From assembly GCA_027064425.1 (NCBI GenBank), contig JAMOPO010000027.1, positions 160,001-224,000 of the forward strand: a stretch of 64,000 bases of DNA, read 5' to 3'. The notes beneath the pieces are model-generated. The model had not been told where the DNA came from and did not search any database. It saw nothing but the letters and a program-made list of their open reading frames with translations. Both the position numbers and the translations under genes were made by a program. Positions 1 through 8,916 of this stretch are shown here, one piece after another. Numbering within the stretch: the stretch's first letter is position 1; each line of letters opens with the position of its first letter. Source of the DNA: Methanobacteriota archaeon (GTDB lineage: Archaea; JAADCQ01; Methanopyri; Methanopyrales; Methanopyraceae).

Positions 1-1001
1 ACGAGGCGTTCGCGCTCAAGACGGAGACGGGCAAGATCGTGACCGCCCTGCAGGTGGCGCGGGAGGGCTCGATCCCGCGCGACGTGATCGTCAAGATGCG
101 GAAGGGGTACCGGCCGCCGGGCAACGTGATCCCGGACCTGATGGTCCAGCACCACGACGCGCTGGAGTTCCCGCGGATGAAGGGGTACCGGATAGTCCGG
201 ATCGCGACCCACCCGGACGTCATGCGGCACGGCCTGGGCTCGAAGGCGCTCGAGGAGCTGGCCAAGGTGTGCGAGGAGAAGGACTTCGACTGGATCGGCA
301 CGGGCTTCGGCGCGAACGAGGAGCTGACGAAGTTTTGGATCAAGAACGACTTCGTGCCCGTCCACATCAGCCCGAACCGGAACCCGGTGAGCGGCGAGTA
401 CTCCGTGGCCGTCATCCGGCCCATCTCGGACGAGGCGAAGGAGATCATCCAGCGGGCTAACTTCGAGTTCCGGCTCAAGCTGGTCGACTGGCTCGGTGAG
501 ACGCACCGCGATCTGGAGCCCGAGGTGGCCCGGCTCCTGCTGACCCCGATGTCGCCCAGCCGGTACCAGCCCAGCATGACGGACGGCCAACTTCGCCGAC
601 TCAAGAAGTACGTGGACATGGTGCACACGTACGAGATCGCCGCCGACGCCGTCCGGGAGCTCGTCAAGACGTACTTCCTGGACACCGAGGACCGGCTGGA
701 GCTGTCGAAGAAGGAGGAGCTCCTGCTGGTCACCAAGTGCCTGCAGCGCTGGGAGTGGGAAAAGGTCGCCGACTTCCTGGGCGAGGAGGTGCCCGACCTC
801 ATGCGGACGCTGCGCGACCTGGTCGGGCTGCTGTACGAGGAGTACGAGGAGGACATCAAGCGCCGCTCCGCGCTGGAGAGCGTTAACAAGGCCGTGGAGG
901 GGCTCGCGGAGAAGGGGCACTCCGGCGAGGTCATCGTGAGGGTGGACGAGGGCGAGCCGAAGGAGGTCGTGGTCAGACGGGAGGAGCGCTTCGAGCTCTA
1001 A
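1..1001 (+). CDS. tmcA: tRNA(Met) cytidine acetyltransferase TmcA/NAT10 (5'-truncated by window edge)
   Basis: GNAT motifs RIVRIATHPD...GLGSKAL, GTGFG, FWIKNDFVPVHISP..NPVSGEYS; frame is open from the window start. Confidence 0.88.
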   Translation, partial: EAFALKTETGKIVTALQVAREGSIPRDVIVKMRKGYRPPGNVIPDLMVQHHDALEFPRMKGYRIVRIATHPDVMRHGLGSKALEELAKVCEEKDFDWIGTGFGANEELTKFWIKNDFVPVHISPNRNPVSGEYSVAVIRPISDEAKEIIQRANFEFRLKLVDWLGETHRDLEPEVARLLLTPMSPSRYQPSMTDGQLRRLKKYVDMVHTYEIAADAVRELVKTYFLDTEDRLELSKKEELLLVTKCLQRWEWEKVADFLGEEVPDLMRTLRDLVGLLYEEYEEDIKRRSALESVNKAVEGLAEKGHSGEVIVRVDEGEPKEVVVRREERFEL

Positions 1002-1491
1002 CGCGCAGCGTCCCCCGGCGGACCGGCAGGGCGGCCCTCGGCTCGCGCCCGAACGTCTCCGCCCACCCCTCCACGATCGCGACCCCGACCCCGCAGCACA
1101 GCGCCGCGTCCCGGGCGTGCTCGTCCGGCGCCTCACCCCGCAGGGAGAGCAGCCGCTCGGCCGCTCGGGGGAACGTCTCGTAGACCCTCACGCCGCGCTC
1201 CAACAGCTCCTCGGCCAGCCTCCTGCCCCGCTCGAGGAGCCTTCGCATCCCGGGCAGCGTCAGGGGCAGGACGGGCGCGAGCTCCCGAAACCGCTCGTCC
1301 CGGCGCCTGAAGGGACCATCCGCCGGCGTCAGCGGGGCATCGATCACGACCACCCGGGCCCGGGAGGCGAGGCTGAGGACGCGCCGGTCATCCGCGGGCT
1401 CGGACCAGCACTCGATCGCCCCGCCCGACCACGCCGCGAAGCCGGTGGGGTTGTCCGGGCTTGCCGCGAGGTCGATCCCGAGGACGTGCAT
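973..1491 (-). CDS. DUF429 family RNase H-like fold protein
   Basis: VLGIDLA N-terminus, VVIDAPL, VYETFP and DAALC motifs. Confidence 0.7.
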   Translation of the reverse strand: MHVLGIDLAASPDNPTGFAAWSGGAIECWSEPADDRRVLSLASRARVVVIDAPLTPADGPFRRRDERFRELAPVLPLTLPGMRRLLERGRRLAEELLERGVRVYETFPRAAERLLSLRGEAPDEHARDAALCCGVGVAIVEGWAETFGREPRAALPVRRGTLRVRARSAPPV

Positions 1492-2225
1492 CGGAGGACC
1501 CCGAGTCGGTGGTGAGGCGGAAGGTTCGGGAGTGCCTGGAGCGGTCGGGGCACCCGAGGCCCGGCTCCCGCATTCTCGTGGCCATGTCCGGAGGTAAGGA
1601 CAGTTTCGCGACGGCGTACGGGCTCGCGGAGCTGTCCGACGAGTTCGACTGGGAGGTGGTGGGCGCTCACGTCGTGGTCCGGGTGGACGGGCGCGAGATC
1701 GGGGCGTGGGACGTCGTCCGGGAGCAGGCCGAGCGGCTGGGGATCGAGGTGAAGCGGCTGGAGCCGGAGAAGGATGTGATGGAGGCCAAGGAGGAGATGC
1801 GGGCGCGGAAGGTCTGCTACGCGTGCCGGACGCTGAGGCGGATCGAGCTCGGCAGGCTGGCGGAGGAGCAGGGGTTCGACTACATCGCGCTCGGGCACAC
1901 GCTGGACGACGCGGCGGCCACGGTCCTGCTCTCCCTGCTCTCCGGGTACAAGCGGATCAAGCTCCTCGGCTACGTGGGCTCGTGGCGAGAGGGTCCTAGG
2001 CTGCTCCGGCCGCTCGTCCGCTGCCCGGAGGAGGTTACTAGGTCACTCTACGAGCGGCTCGGCGTCCGGGTGGTGGAGACCGAGAAGGTCTGCCCGTTCG
2101 CCGGGGAGGGGTTGAGGCGAGAGGTCGAGGAGTTCCTCGACGAGGTTGAGCGGCGGATCCCGAACGTGAAGGGGAACGTGGTTGGGACGGCCCTCAGGAC
2201 TCTCTCGGCGGGCGGGAGGCGATAA
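1461..2225 (+). CDS. PP-loop ATPase, TtcA/TtuA-like tRNA thiolation protein
   Basis: SGGKDS PP-loop, CxxC (CYAC), GHTLDD, RPL and CPFA; start uncertain. Confidence 0.75.
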   Translation: MPRGRSRGRASEDPESVVRRKVRECLERSGHPRPGSRILVAMSGGKDSFATAYGLAELSDEFDWEVVGAHVVVRVDGREIGAWDVVREQAERLGIEVKRLEPEKDVMEAKEEMRARKVCYACRTLRRIELGRLAEEQGFDYIALGHTLDDAAATVLLSLLSGYKRIKLLGYVGSWREGPRLLRPLVRCPEEVTRSLYERLGVRVVETEKVCPFAGEGLRREVEEFLDEVERRIPNVKGNVVGTALRTLSAGGRR

Positions 2226-2302
2226 CCCAATAAAGGGGCCTCCTAGCGCCGCGCGCCGGTGTAAATTCGTGTCGTACAGTGCCCAGGGGTCCGACCGTCC
2301 GG

Positions 2303-3061
2303 ATGATAGGGGATCTCGCGACCCTGACGTACCTCGGGATCGGGAGCCTGGTCGGACTGGTCTCAGGGCTCTTCGGCGTCGGAGGTGGCTTCCTGCTGGT
2401 CCCGCTGCTCAACGCGGTCGGGATGCCGATGCACGTCGCGCTCGGGACCACCCTGCTCGCGGTGAGCCTCGGCGGGTTCACCGGGGCCTACCGGCACTTC
2501 CAGGAGGGCAACGTCCACGTGAGCACGGCGCCGGCGTTCGGGATCAGCGCGGTCCTCGGGGCGCAGGTGGGAGGTTACCTCGCCTGTCAGGCGCCGGAGC
2601 ACGTGCTGAAGCTCGCCCTGGGTGGCGCGTGCATGGCGATGGCGGGGAGGATCGTAACGGACGGTCGGAGGTCGGGCGGCGGGGAGGTCCGAGACAGCCT
2701 GCCGATCGCCTCGCTGGCAGGGTTCGGGGTGGGAGCCTTCAGCGGGTTCACGGGCTCCGGCGGCGGCACCCTGTTCGTGCCCGTCATGACCTCGTTCCTC
2801 AACTTCCCCACGATGATGGCCGTGGGTACCTCCTCAGCGATCGTCCCGATCAGCGCGCTGGCCGGCGCCGCCCAGTACTGGTCGAAGGGGTACGTGGACC
2901 CGTGGGCCGCGGCGACCATCGTGGCGGGAATGCTGGTCTCCTCCTACATCGGCGCCGAGCTGTCCAACCGGCTCGGAGGGCGGAGGGTTAAGCGGGCGTT
3001 CTCGGTGGTGCTAGGGGCCGTCGGGGTCAAGATGCTGCTCAGCGGGCTCAGCGCCGCCTGA
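2303..3061 (+). CDS. TauE/SafE (TSUP) family sulfite exporter-like membrane protein
   Basis: Two GLFGVGGG / GFTGSGGG repeats, AVGTS motif, multiple TM helices; ATG at 2303 chosen. Confidence 0.85.
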   Translation: MIGDLATLTYLGIGSLVGLVSGLFGVGGGFLLVPLLNAVGMPMHVALGTTLLAVSLGGFTGAYRHFQEGNVHVSTAPAFGISAVLGAQVGGYLACQAPEHVLKLALGGACMAMAGRIVTDGRRSGGGEVRDSLPIASLAGFGVGAFSGFTGSGGGTLFVPVMTSFLNFPTMMAVGTSSAIVPISALAGAAQYWSKGYVDPWAAATIVAGMLVSSYIGAELSNRLGGRRVKRAFSVVLGAVGVKMLLSGLSAA

Positions 3062-3536
3062 CGGGAGCCTTTTCAACGCTCTCCTCGATCCTCTCCTCCG
3101 ACCTCACGATCAGCACGTTGACGGGACTGTGCCTGACCACGTTCTCGGCCACGCTGCCCAGCACGGCATGCTCCAGCCCGGTACGCCCGTGAGAGCCCAT
3201 CACGATGAGGTTCACCTCCTCGTCGCTCTCCGCCTCCTTCACGATTTCTCTCCAGGGAACGCCCACGCGGATCTTCTTTTCCAGCTCGACGTCCACGCCC
3301 ATCTCCTCGGCGATTCGCTCGGCCTCCTCCAGCACCTTTTCGCCCTCTCGTCGCAGCTCCTCGACGACCTTCTCCCTCTGAGAGGCGAAACCGGACAGCA
3401 TGTCCACGGAACGCTGGTCCACCACGTAGAGCAGTTTCACGGGGAACCCATGGTCGTGCGCGTCCAGAAGCGCCCATTTCAGGGCGAGCTTGGAGGGGTC
3501 GGACCCGTCGTAGGGCACCAGGATCTTCCTGGACAA
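3048..3536 (-). CDS. Universal stress protein (UspA family)
   Basis: KILVPYDGS...LIVMGSHGRTGL...LGSVAENVVRHS. Confidence 0.92.
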   Translation of the reverse strand: MSRKILVPYDGSDPSKLALKWALLDAHDHGFPVKLLYVVDQRSVDMLSGFASQREKVVEELRREGEKVLEEAERIAEEMGVDVELEKKIRVGVPWREIVKEAESDEEVNLIVMGSHGRTGLEHAVLGSVAENVVRHSPVNVLIVRSEERIEESVEKAPVRRR

Positions 3537-3571
3537 CCCGGGTCCCCGAATCCTTCAAGTAATCTCGAAAC

Positions 3572-3585
3572 ATTAAAAAGCTTTT
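3572..3585. promoter_or_regulatory. AT-rich TATA-like element between divergent usp and tauE genes
   Basis: ATTAAAAAGCTTTT in an otherwise GC-rich context, about 25-35 nt from both starts. Confidence 0.5.
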
Positions 3586-3607
3586 GAAGTCGCCGCGGAT
3601 AGGGGGG

Positions 3608-4405
3608 ATGTGGTTGCCCGCGGTGACGGCGATCAAGGCGGCCGAGCTGCTGGGGACCGGGTTCATCGCCGGGTACCTCGGAGGCATTATCGGGACGGGC
3701 GGCTGCGTGCTGATGCTCCCCATGCTCGTGTTCCTGATGAGTTACCCGGTGCCTCAGGCCATCGGCACGACCGTGCTGGCGGTCGTGTGGACGGCCACGT
3801 TCGGAGCGCTCTCGCACGCTAAGCTGGGCAACGTGGACTACGAGACGTCGGCCGTGGTGCTGGCCGCGGGCGCCATCGGCTCGCTGGTAGGGTCCATGAT
3901 CTTCGCGGCGATCATGCGGTACACCAGCGTGCTGGAGGTGATTCTGGGGGCGGCCTTCCTGTACGCGGCGGTGCGGATGATCTACGAGTGGATAAAGAAG
4001 ATCCCCGGGGCGGAGGCCGACGAGATCCCGGGCAGTCCGTCGGCCAAGGCCGCCATCGGGTTCTTCATTGGCATCCTTACGGGTATCCTGGGACTGGGAG
4101 GAGGGTACGCGCTGGTGCCATCGTTCATTTACCTGCTGAACGCGCCGGTGCACCTCGCCGTGGGCACCTCCATGATCAGCATGATCCCGATGGCGACCGT
4201 GTCGGCCGCTTACAAGATGGCGCAGGGAGTCACGGACGTTCTCGGTGGCACGATCCTGGGCATCGGCACGATCGCCGGGGTCAAGCTGGGTGCCAAGACC
4301 ACGGAGAAGATCGAGCCGTGGACGATCAAGGGGATCTTCGGGGTCGTGTTCCTGTACGTGTCGCTGAAGTTCGTCCTGAAGGGACTGGGGCTTAAGGTCC
4401 TGTAG
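3608..4405 (+). CDS. TauE/SafE (TSUP) family membrane protein (second paralog)
   Basis: GIIGTGG / GILGLGGG repeats, AIGT/AVGTS motifs; GGGGGG RBS before ATG 3608. Confidence 0.87.
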   Translation: MWLPAVTAIKAAELLGTGFIAGYLGGIIGTGGCVLMLPMLVFLMSYPVPQAIGTTVLAVVWTATFGALSHAKLGNVDYETSAVVLAAGAIGSLVGSMIFAAIMRYTSVLEVILGAAFLYAAVRMIYEWIKKIPGAEADEIPGSPSAKAAIGFFIGILTGILGLGGGYALVPSFIYLLNAPVHLAVGTSMISMIPMATVSAAYKMAQGVTDVLGGTILGIGTIAGVKLGAKTTEKIEPWTIKGIFGVVFLYVSLKFVLKGLGLKVL

Positions 4406-4410
4406 CCTCG

Positions 4411-5085
4411 TCACAGCGGCGGCTGGAGGTCGTCCAGCTCGACGTCCAGCTCGATTCCCAGTGCATCGGCCAGGGCCTTCCCGTGGTAGTAAGCGGAGAC
4501 GTCCTTGGTCTCGTACTTGCCGATCCTGGGAGCGACGCAGTGGTGGCAGGCGGCCAGCGCGAAGGCGTTGACGGCCTTCCGCCCCGCCTCCATCCCCTCG
4601 ACCCGCTCGGCCGCCACCCAGGTGGCGCCGCACGGGGCGCCCCGGACGACCTCTACGGACTCGATAGTGCCGGAGGAGGCCTCCACCTCAACCTTGGGTC
4701 GACCGAAGCGCTCGGCGAACTCGTCGATCTCGGGCACTCCGGTGTCCGGTTTCAGCGCGCACGGGGTCGGCTCGGCGAAGACGACGGCGTCGTGGCGATC
4801 CTCGATCTGGCGGCGTACGGCGAGCTCCGGCAGCAGAGCGTACAGGATGGGGGCGTCGCACTGCTCGGCCAGGGTCAGCTGAAGGTCAGGGTGCTGTAGG
4901 TAGGAGATCACCAGGTCGAACTCGGAGGGGATGGACGGGAGGAGGCTCTCGGCCGTTTCCTCGTCGAGGAGCACGTTCTCGGGCGGCTCCTTGACGCGCA
5001 GGAACTCGGACTCGTGCTCGGATCGCCCCCGAATGGTCTCCGCGGCACGCTCTCCGTACTTGGAGCCGAGGACCAGGATCTTCAA
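4411..5085 (-). CDS. DUF166 family protein
   Basis: HPDL, PCAL, FGRPKVEV, VVRGAPCGAT and C-terminal HHCVA motif. Confidence 0.75.
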   Translation of the reverse strand: MKILVLGSKYGERAAETIRGRSEHESEFLRVKEPPENVLLDEETAESLLPSIPSEFDLVISYLQHPDLQLTLAEQCDAPILYALLPELAVRRQIEDRHDAVVFAEPTPCALKPDTGVPEIDEFAERFGRPKVEVEASSGTIESVEVVRGAPCGATWVAAERVEGMEAGRKAVNAFALAACHHCVAPRIGKYETKDVSAYYHGKALADALGIELDVELDDLQPPL

Positions 5086-5103
5086 CGACGGCCCCGGGAC
5101 CTC

Positions 5104-5847
5104 TCAGTCCGCGGTCTCCTCTTCATCCTTTCCGCTCGCCGTGTCCTCATCATCGAGCTCACGCTCCGCCTCGCGGAGGATGTCCAGGACGCCGTAGTGG
5201 GCCGCACCGATCACGAGCACGGCCCGGGACACGTCGGACCGGTGGAGGTACTCGATCGTGTTCTCCGCGATCACGGTGTTCCTCTCGTCGATCAGGACCC
5301 GGGTCACGTTGGGGAACTTACGCCGCATCCACTCGATCATCTCCCGGACGGCGCGCTCGTCCGTGACCGAGTCGGTCAGCATCTCCCGGGTCTTGGAGGG
5401 GCGGAAGACCGAGCAGAGGGCGTCGAGGAGCGTCAGGACCTGGAACTTGAGCCGCTCGGTGAGGGGGGCCTTGATTCGAATTCGGCGGAGGATGCCGTCG
5501 AGGTCCATGTCAACGGGCACGAGCTCCGCCTCGAGCTCTTCGGCGGCCTCGATCGCCCCGAGCATGTCCTCCCCGAGCTCGCCCCCCACCACGCGGCTGA
5601 CCACGCGCTCCGCCAGCGAGATGATCCGGCCGCTGAGGCGCTGGGGCCCTCTCCCTCCCTCGTCGCTTCCGTGCAGCTCGGCGAGCAGCGTCAGGAGCCG
5701 GCCCTCGCACAGCTCCAGCAGGACGGCCTCGGGCTCCAGCTCGAGGACCTTGTCCCGGACGAGCTCCCGGTCCACGCCCGCGTGGGCCGTTCTGAGCACG
5801 TGGAGCTCGGTGCCCAGGATGTGGAAGGTGTCAACGTGCAGCCGCAA
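5104..5847 (-). CDS. TraB/PrgY family protein
   Basis: LRTAH, VLLELC..R, LIDERN, VIGAAH motifs. Confidence 0.8.
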   Translation of the reverse strand: MRLHVDTFHILGTELHVLRTAHAGVDRELVRDKVLELEPEAVLLELCEGRLLTLLAELHGSDEGGRGPQRLSGRIISLAERVVSRVVGGELGEDMLGAIEAAEELEAELVPVDMDLDGILRRIRIKAPLTERLKFQVLTLLDALCSVFRPSKTREMLTDSVTDERAVREMIEWMRRKFPNVTRVLIDERNTVIAENTIEYLHRSDVSRAVLVIGAAHYGVLDILREAERELDDEDTASGKDEEETAD

Positions 5848-6510
5848 CTACCTCGGCACCACCATTCCGTCCTCGAAGGCCGGGACGACGTCGAACTCGT
5901 CCACCCTTGCGCAGAACTCCACGTCCTCGGACTTGCCGTGCAGCTCCAGCACGTGGCCGGTGCGGGAGCTGCGGAACACGTCGTGCGGGTCGAACGTCCT
6001 GGACATCTCGATCAGGACGCGGGTCCTGCGGTCGGCGGGCTCGCCCCCCGCGAGCCGGGCGATGTACCCGGCCGTGAACGCGTCCTCGATGGCCATGGAG
6101 CCCCGGTGTCCCGCCTCGACGATGCACGCGTCGCGGTTCAGCTCGTCGGCGACGGCGCTGGCGTTGAGGAGGGCGCCGATGAGGACCTCCTCGCAGACCT
6201 CGGCGGTGCGGAGGATGGCCTCGGTGCCGTTGGTCGTGACCATGTACACGGTCTCGCCCTCGATGCCGTCCGGATTCTTCATTAGCTCGGTGGGCGAGTT
6301 CCCGTAGTCCGCGATGTCGAGCTTCCGGCCGTGCCGCTCGCCGATCGTGGGGCCGTCCGCATCCTTGAGCTCCGACGGGTCGGCCAGGGGGACGATGGCC
6401 TCCGCTCCCAGGGCTAGGGCGGTGACGATCGTGGAGCTGGCCCGCAGCGCGTCCACGACGACGCCCGTGTGGTACTCCCCGCTGGGATCCATCGTCGCGA
6501 GGACCCGCAC
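5848..6510 (-). CDS. comB: 2-phosphosulfolactate phosphatase (coenzyme M biosynthesis)
   Basis: VVDALRASSTI, GER, GNSP, TTNGT, IEDA motifs. Confidence 0.88.
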   Translation of the reverse strand: MRVLATMDPSGEYHTGVVVDALRASSTIVTALALGAEAIVPLADPSELKDADGPTIGERHGRKLDIADYGNSPTELMKNPDGIEGETVYMVTTNGTEAILRTAEVCEEVLIGALLNASAVADELNRDACIVEAGHRGSMAIEDAFTAGYIARLAGGEPADRRTRVLIEMSRTFDPHDVFRSSRTGHVLELHGKSEDVEFCARVDEFDVVPAFEDGMVVPR

Positions 6511-6537
6511 GCCGGGAACCCCCGGGGGACGCGCGCC

Positions 6538-7305
6538 GTGGTGGCCGTGGCCTTTCCTTGGAGCCTGTTCTCGGAGGAGAACGACCCGAAAATCTACGCG
6601 TATCGGGTCGGCATTCTGGGCCGGGCCCTGGCGATCTACCGGGTGGAGGAGGTGCTGCTGTACGGGGACGGGATCGGGTCACGGCGCAACGCTGAGCGGT
6701 TGAAAAAGCTCTTGGAGTACCTGGAGTGCCCTCAGTACCTCAGGAAGCGGGTGTTCCGGCTGGATAGGGACCTCAGGTACGCGGGAGTGATGCCGCCGCT
6801 GCGCGCTCCGCACCACAAGCGCAACCCACCGCGTGAGGGTGAGGTGCGGGAGGGGTACGTGGTCAGGAGGAGTAAGGAAGGCTGCCTCGTCGACGTGGGT
6901 GCCGAGGAGCTGGCGGTCTCGTACGAGCGGATGAAGCCGCGGCAGCGGGTGACGGTCAGGGTCGTTTCCGAGGATCCGCTGGTGGTGGAGCCCGCCGAGC
7001 CGGAGGACTACTGGGGGTTTGAGGTGCGGATCGTCGACTCGCTGGACGACGTGTTGGAGGAGTTCGGGAAAGGCACCGTCATTGCGTCCAGGTACGGGGA
7101 GGATGTTAGGGAGGTGGAGTTCGGGGAACCGCCGGAGTGCCTGGTGTTTGGGTCGGGCCGGGCCGGCGTGCTGGAGATCAAGCCCGGGCTGGAGGAGGAG
7201 TTCCTTACGGTCAACTTCATCCCGGGCCAAGGCGTGGAGGTCGTGAGGACTGAAGAGGCTGTGCACGCGACGTTGGCCGTGCTGAACTACTTGGGCCTGC
7301 TGTAG
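6538..7305 (+). CDS. SPOUT-class RNA methyltransferase (DUF171/C9orf114-like)
   Basis: YLECPQYLRK, PPLRAPHH, NFIPGQG..VRTEEA; start uncertain. Confidence 0.85.
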   Translation: MVAVAFPWSLFSEENDPKIYAYRVGILGRALAIYRVEEVLLYGDGIGSRRNAERLKKLLEYLECPQYLRKRVFRLDRDLRYAGVMPPLRAPHHKRNPPREGEVREGYVVRRSKEGCLVDVGAEELAVSYERMKPRQRVTVRVVSEDPLVVEPAEPEDYWGFEVRIVDSLDDVLEEFGKGTVIASRYGEDVREVEFGEPPECLVFGSGRAGVLEIKPGLEEEFLTVNFIPGQGVEVVRTEEAVHATLAVLNYLGLL

Positions 7306-7308
7306 GCC

Positions 7309-7363
7309 TCCGCCGGCTCTCCCACATCATGTCCCCGGCATCAGCCGGGGATTACCTCGTCAT
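7309..7363 (-). ncRNA. Candidate box C/D guide sRNA
   Basis: Minus strand ATGACGA-12nt-CTGA-10nt-ATGATGT-11nt-CGGA in an intergenic gap. Confidence 0.5.
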
Positions 7364-7458
7364 CGGCCAGGATTTCAGTACCCCAACGTCTCCCTTACGG
7401 CAACATATTTATTGCTCGTCTCTCGGGCTCAGCGGGGAGCAGACGGAGGGGGAACCCG

Positions 7459-7839
7459 GTGATGGTGGAGGTGTCTGAGGAGTTTGAAAGGGATATCGAG
7501 GAGGTCAAGAGAAGGCTCCGGGAAGGGAAATTAACCAACTTGGGGGCGGCGCTCGCGGTCGTGCTGCTGGCCAGTCTTAAGGGTCAGTGGATCAACGTGG
7601 ACGAGATCGTCAGGGTGCTTAAGGAGCTGGGGTACGATGTTAAGACGAACAGTATCAGGAGCGCCCTGTACAAGGTGCGTCAGGAGGGCCTGCTGAAGTC
7701 CAAGCGGTTGGGTCGGAAGACCGCGTACTTCATCCCGGTCGAGGAAGAGGAGGTCCTGGGCGCGATCCTGAGGAGGATTACCGGGGAGGAGATCCGGGAG
7801 AAGATCGTGGAGGAGCTGCTTAAGGAGATCAAGGAGTAA
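7459..7839 (+). CDS. Winged helix-turn-helix DNA-binding protein
   Basis: VDEIVRVL...NSIRSALYKVRQEGLLKSKRLGRKTAYF wHTH pattern; GGAGGGGG RBS. Confidence 0.7.
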   Translation: MMVEVSEEFERDIEEVKRRLREGKLTNLGAALAVVLLASLKGQWINVDEIVRVLKELGYDVKTNSIRSALYKVRQEGLLKSKRLGRKTAYFIPVEEEEVLGAILRRITGEEIREKIVEELLKEIKE

Positions 7840-7860
7840 CCTCCCCCGCCTCGCCCGCCG

Positions 7861-7887
7861 GAATAGTTTCGATGACCGAAACGATTC
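7861..7887. repeat. 27-bp palindromic motif, copy 1
   Basis: GAATAGTTT-CGATGACCG-AAACGATTC; matches copies at 40404, 54247, 57016. Confidence 0.6.
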
Positions 7888-7893
7888 GGGGGG

Positions 7894-8916
7894 TTGGGCG
7901 TGACGGGAGGGGAGGAGAAGGACAAGGAGAAGGAGCGTCGGCTCCCCTTCGAGCGCGAGCGGGAGATGGTGACCAAGGCCGAGGCCGAAACGGACCCGCG
8001 CTACGGCTGCCCGCCCGAGGAGCGCCCGATGGAAGAGTACATCATGAAGGGGGTCATCAACCTCGACAAGCCCGCGGGACCGACCTCGCACGAGGTGGTC
8101 GCGTGGGTCAAGGAGATCCTGGGGCTGTCCAAGGCGGGTCACGGCGGCACGCTGGACCCGAAGGTCACCGGAGTGCTGCCCATTGCCCTGGAAAAGGCCA
8201 CGAAGATCATCCAGACGCTCCTGCCCGCAGGCAAGGAGTACGTTTGCATCATGCACCTACACGGGGACGTGGACGACGACGAGTTGGAGCGGGTCATCCG
8301 CGAGTTCGAGGGCACGATCCTGCAGCGCCCGCCCCTTCGATCCGCGGTCAAGCGCCGCGTGCGGCCGAAAAAGGTGTACTACATCGATATCATCGAGCGG
8401 GACGGTCGGGACGTCCTCCTGCGGGTCGGCTGCCAGGCGGGCACCTACATCCGGAAGCTCTGCCACGACATCGGCGAGGCGCTGGGCGTCGGCGCGCACA
8501 TGGCGGAGCTGAGGCGGACCAAGACGGGGCCGTTCTCCGAGGAGAACGCCGTGACGCTCCACGACCTGAAGGACGCCTTCGAGTTCTGGAAGGAGGAGGG
8601 CTGGGAGGAGCCGCTAAGGCACGTGATCCGACCGATGGAGGAGGGGCTGAGCCACCTACCCAGGATCGAGATCCGAGACACGGCCGTGGACGCAATCTGC
8701 CACGGCGCCGACCTGGCGGCGCCCGGCATCGTGAGGGTGGAGAAGGGGATCCAGCCGGGCGACCTGGTGGCTATCTTCACGCTGAAGGGCGAGGCGGTGG
8801 CGCTGGGCGTGGCCAAGGCCTCCTGGAAGGAGATGCTCCACGCGGACCGCGGCATCATGGTGGACACGAAGCGGGTGCTGATGGAGCCGGGAACGTACCC
8901 GAAGGCCTGGGGTTAG
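7894..8916 (+). CDS. cbf5: Cbf5 RNA-guided pseudouridine synthase (TruB family, PUA domain)
   Basis: LDKPAGPTSHEV, GHGGTLDP, QRPPLRSAVKR, GTYIRKLCHDIG, C-terminal PUA; start may be GTG 7900. Confidence 0.96.
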   Translation: MGVTGGEEKDKEKERRLPFEREREMVTKAEAETDPRYGCPPEERPMEEYIMKGVINLDKPAGPTSHEVVAWVKEILGLSKAGHGGTLDPKVTGVLPIALEKATKIIQTLLPAGKEYVCIMHLHGDVDDDELERVIREFEGTILQRPPLRSAVKRRVRPKKVYYIDIIERDGRDVLLRVGCQAGTYIRKLCHDIGEALGVGAHMAELRRTKTGPFSEENAVTLHDLKDAFEFWKEEGWEEPLRHVIRPMEEGLSHLPRIEIRDTAVDAICHGADLAAPGIVRVEKGIQPGDLVAIFTLKGEAVALGVAKASWKEMLHADRGIMVDTKRVLMEPGTYPKAWG

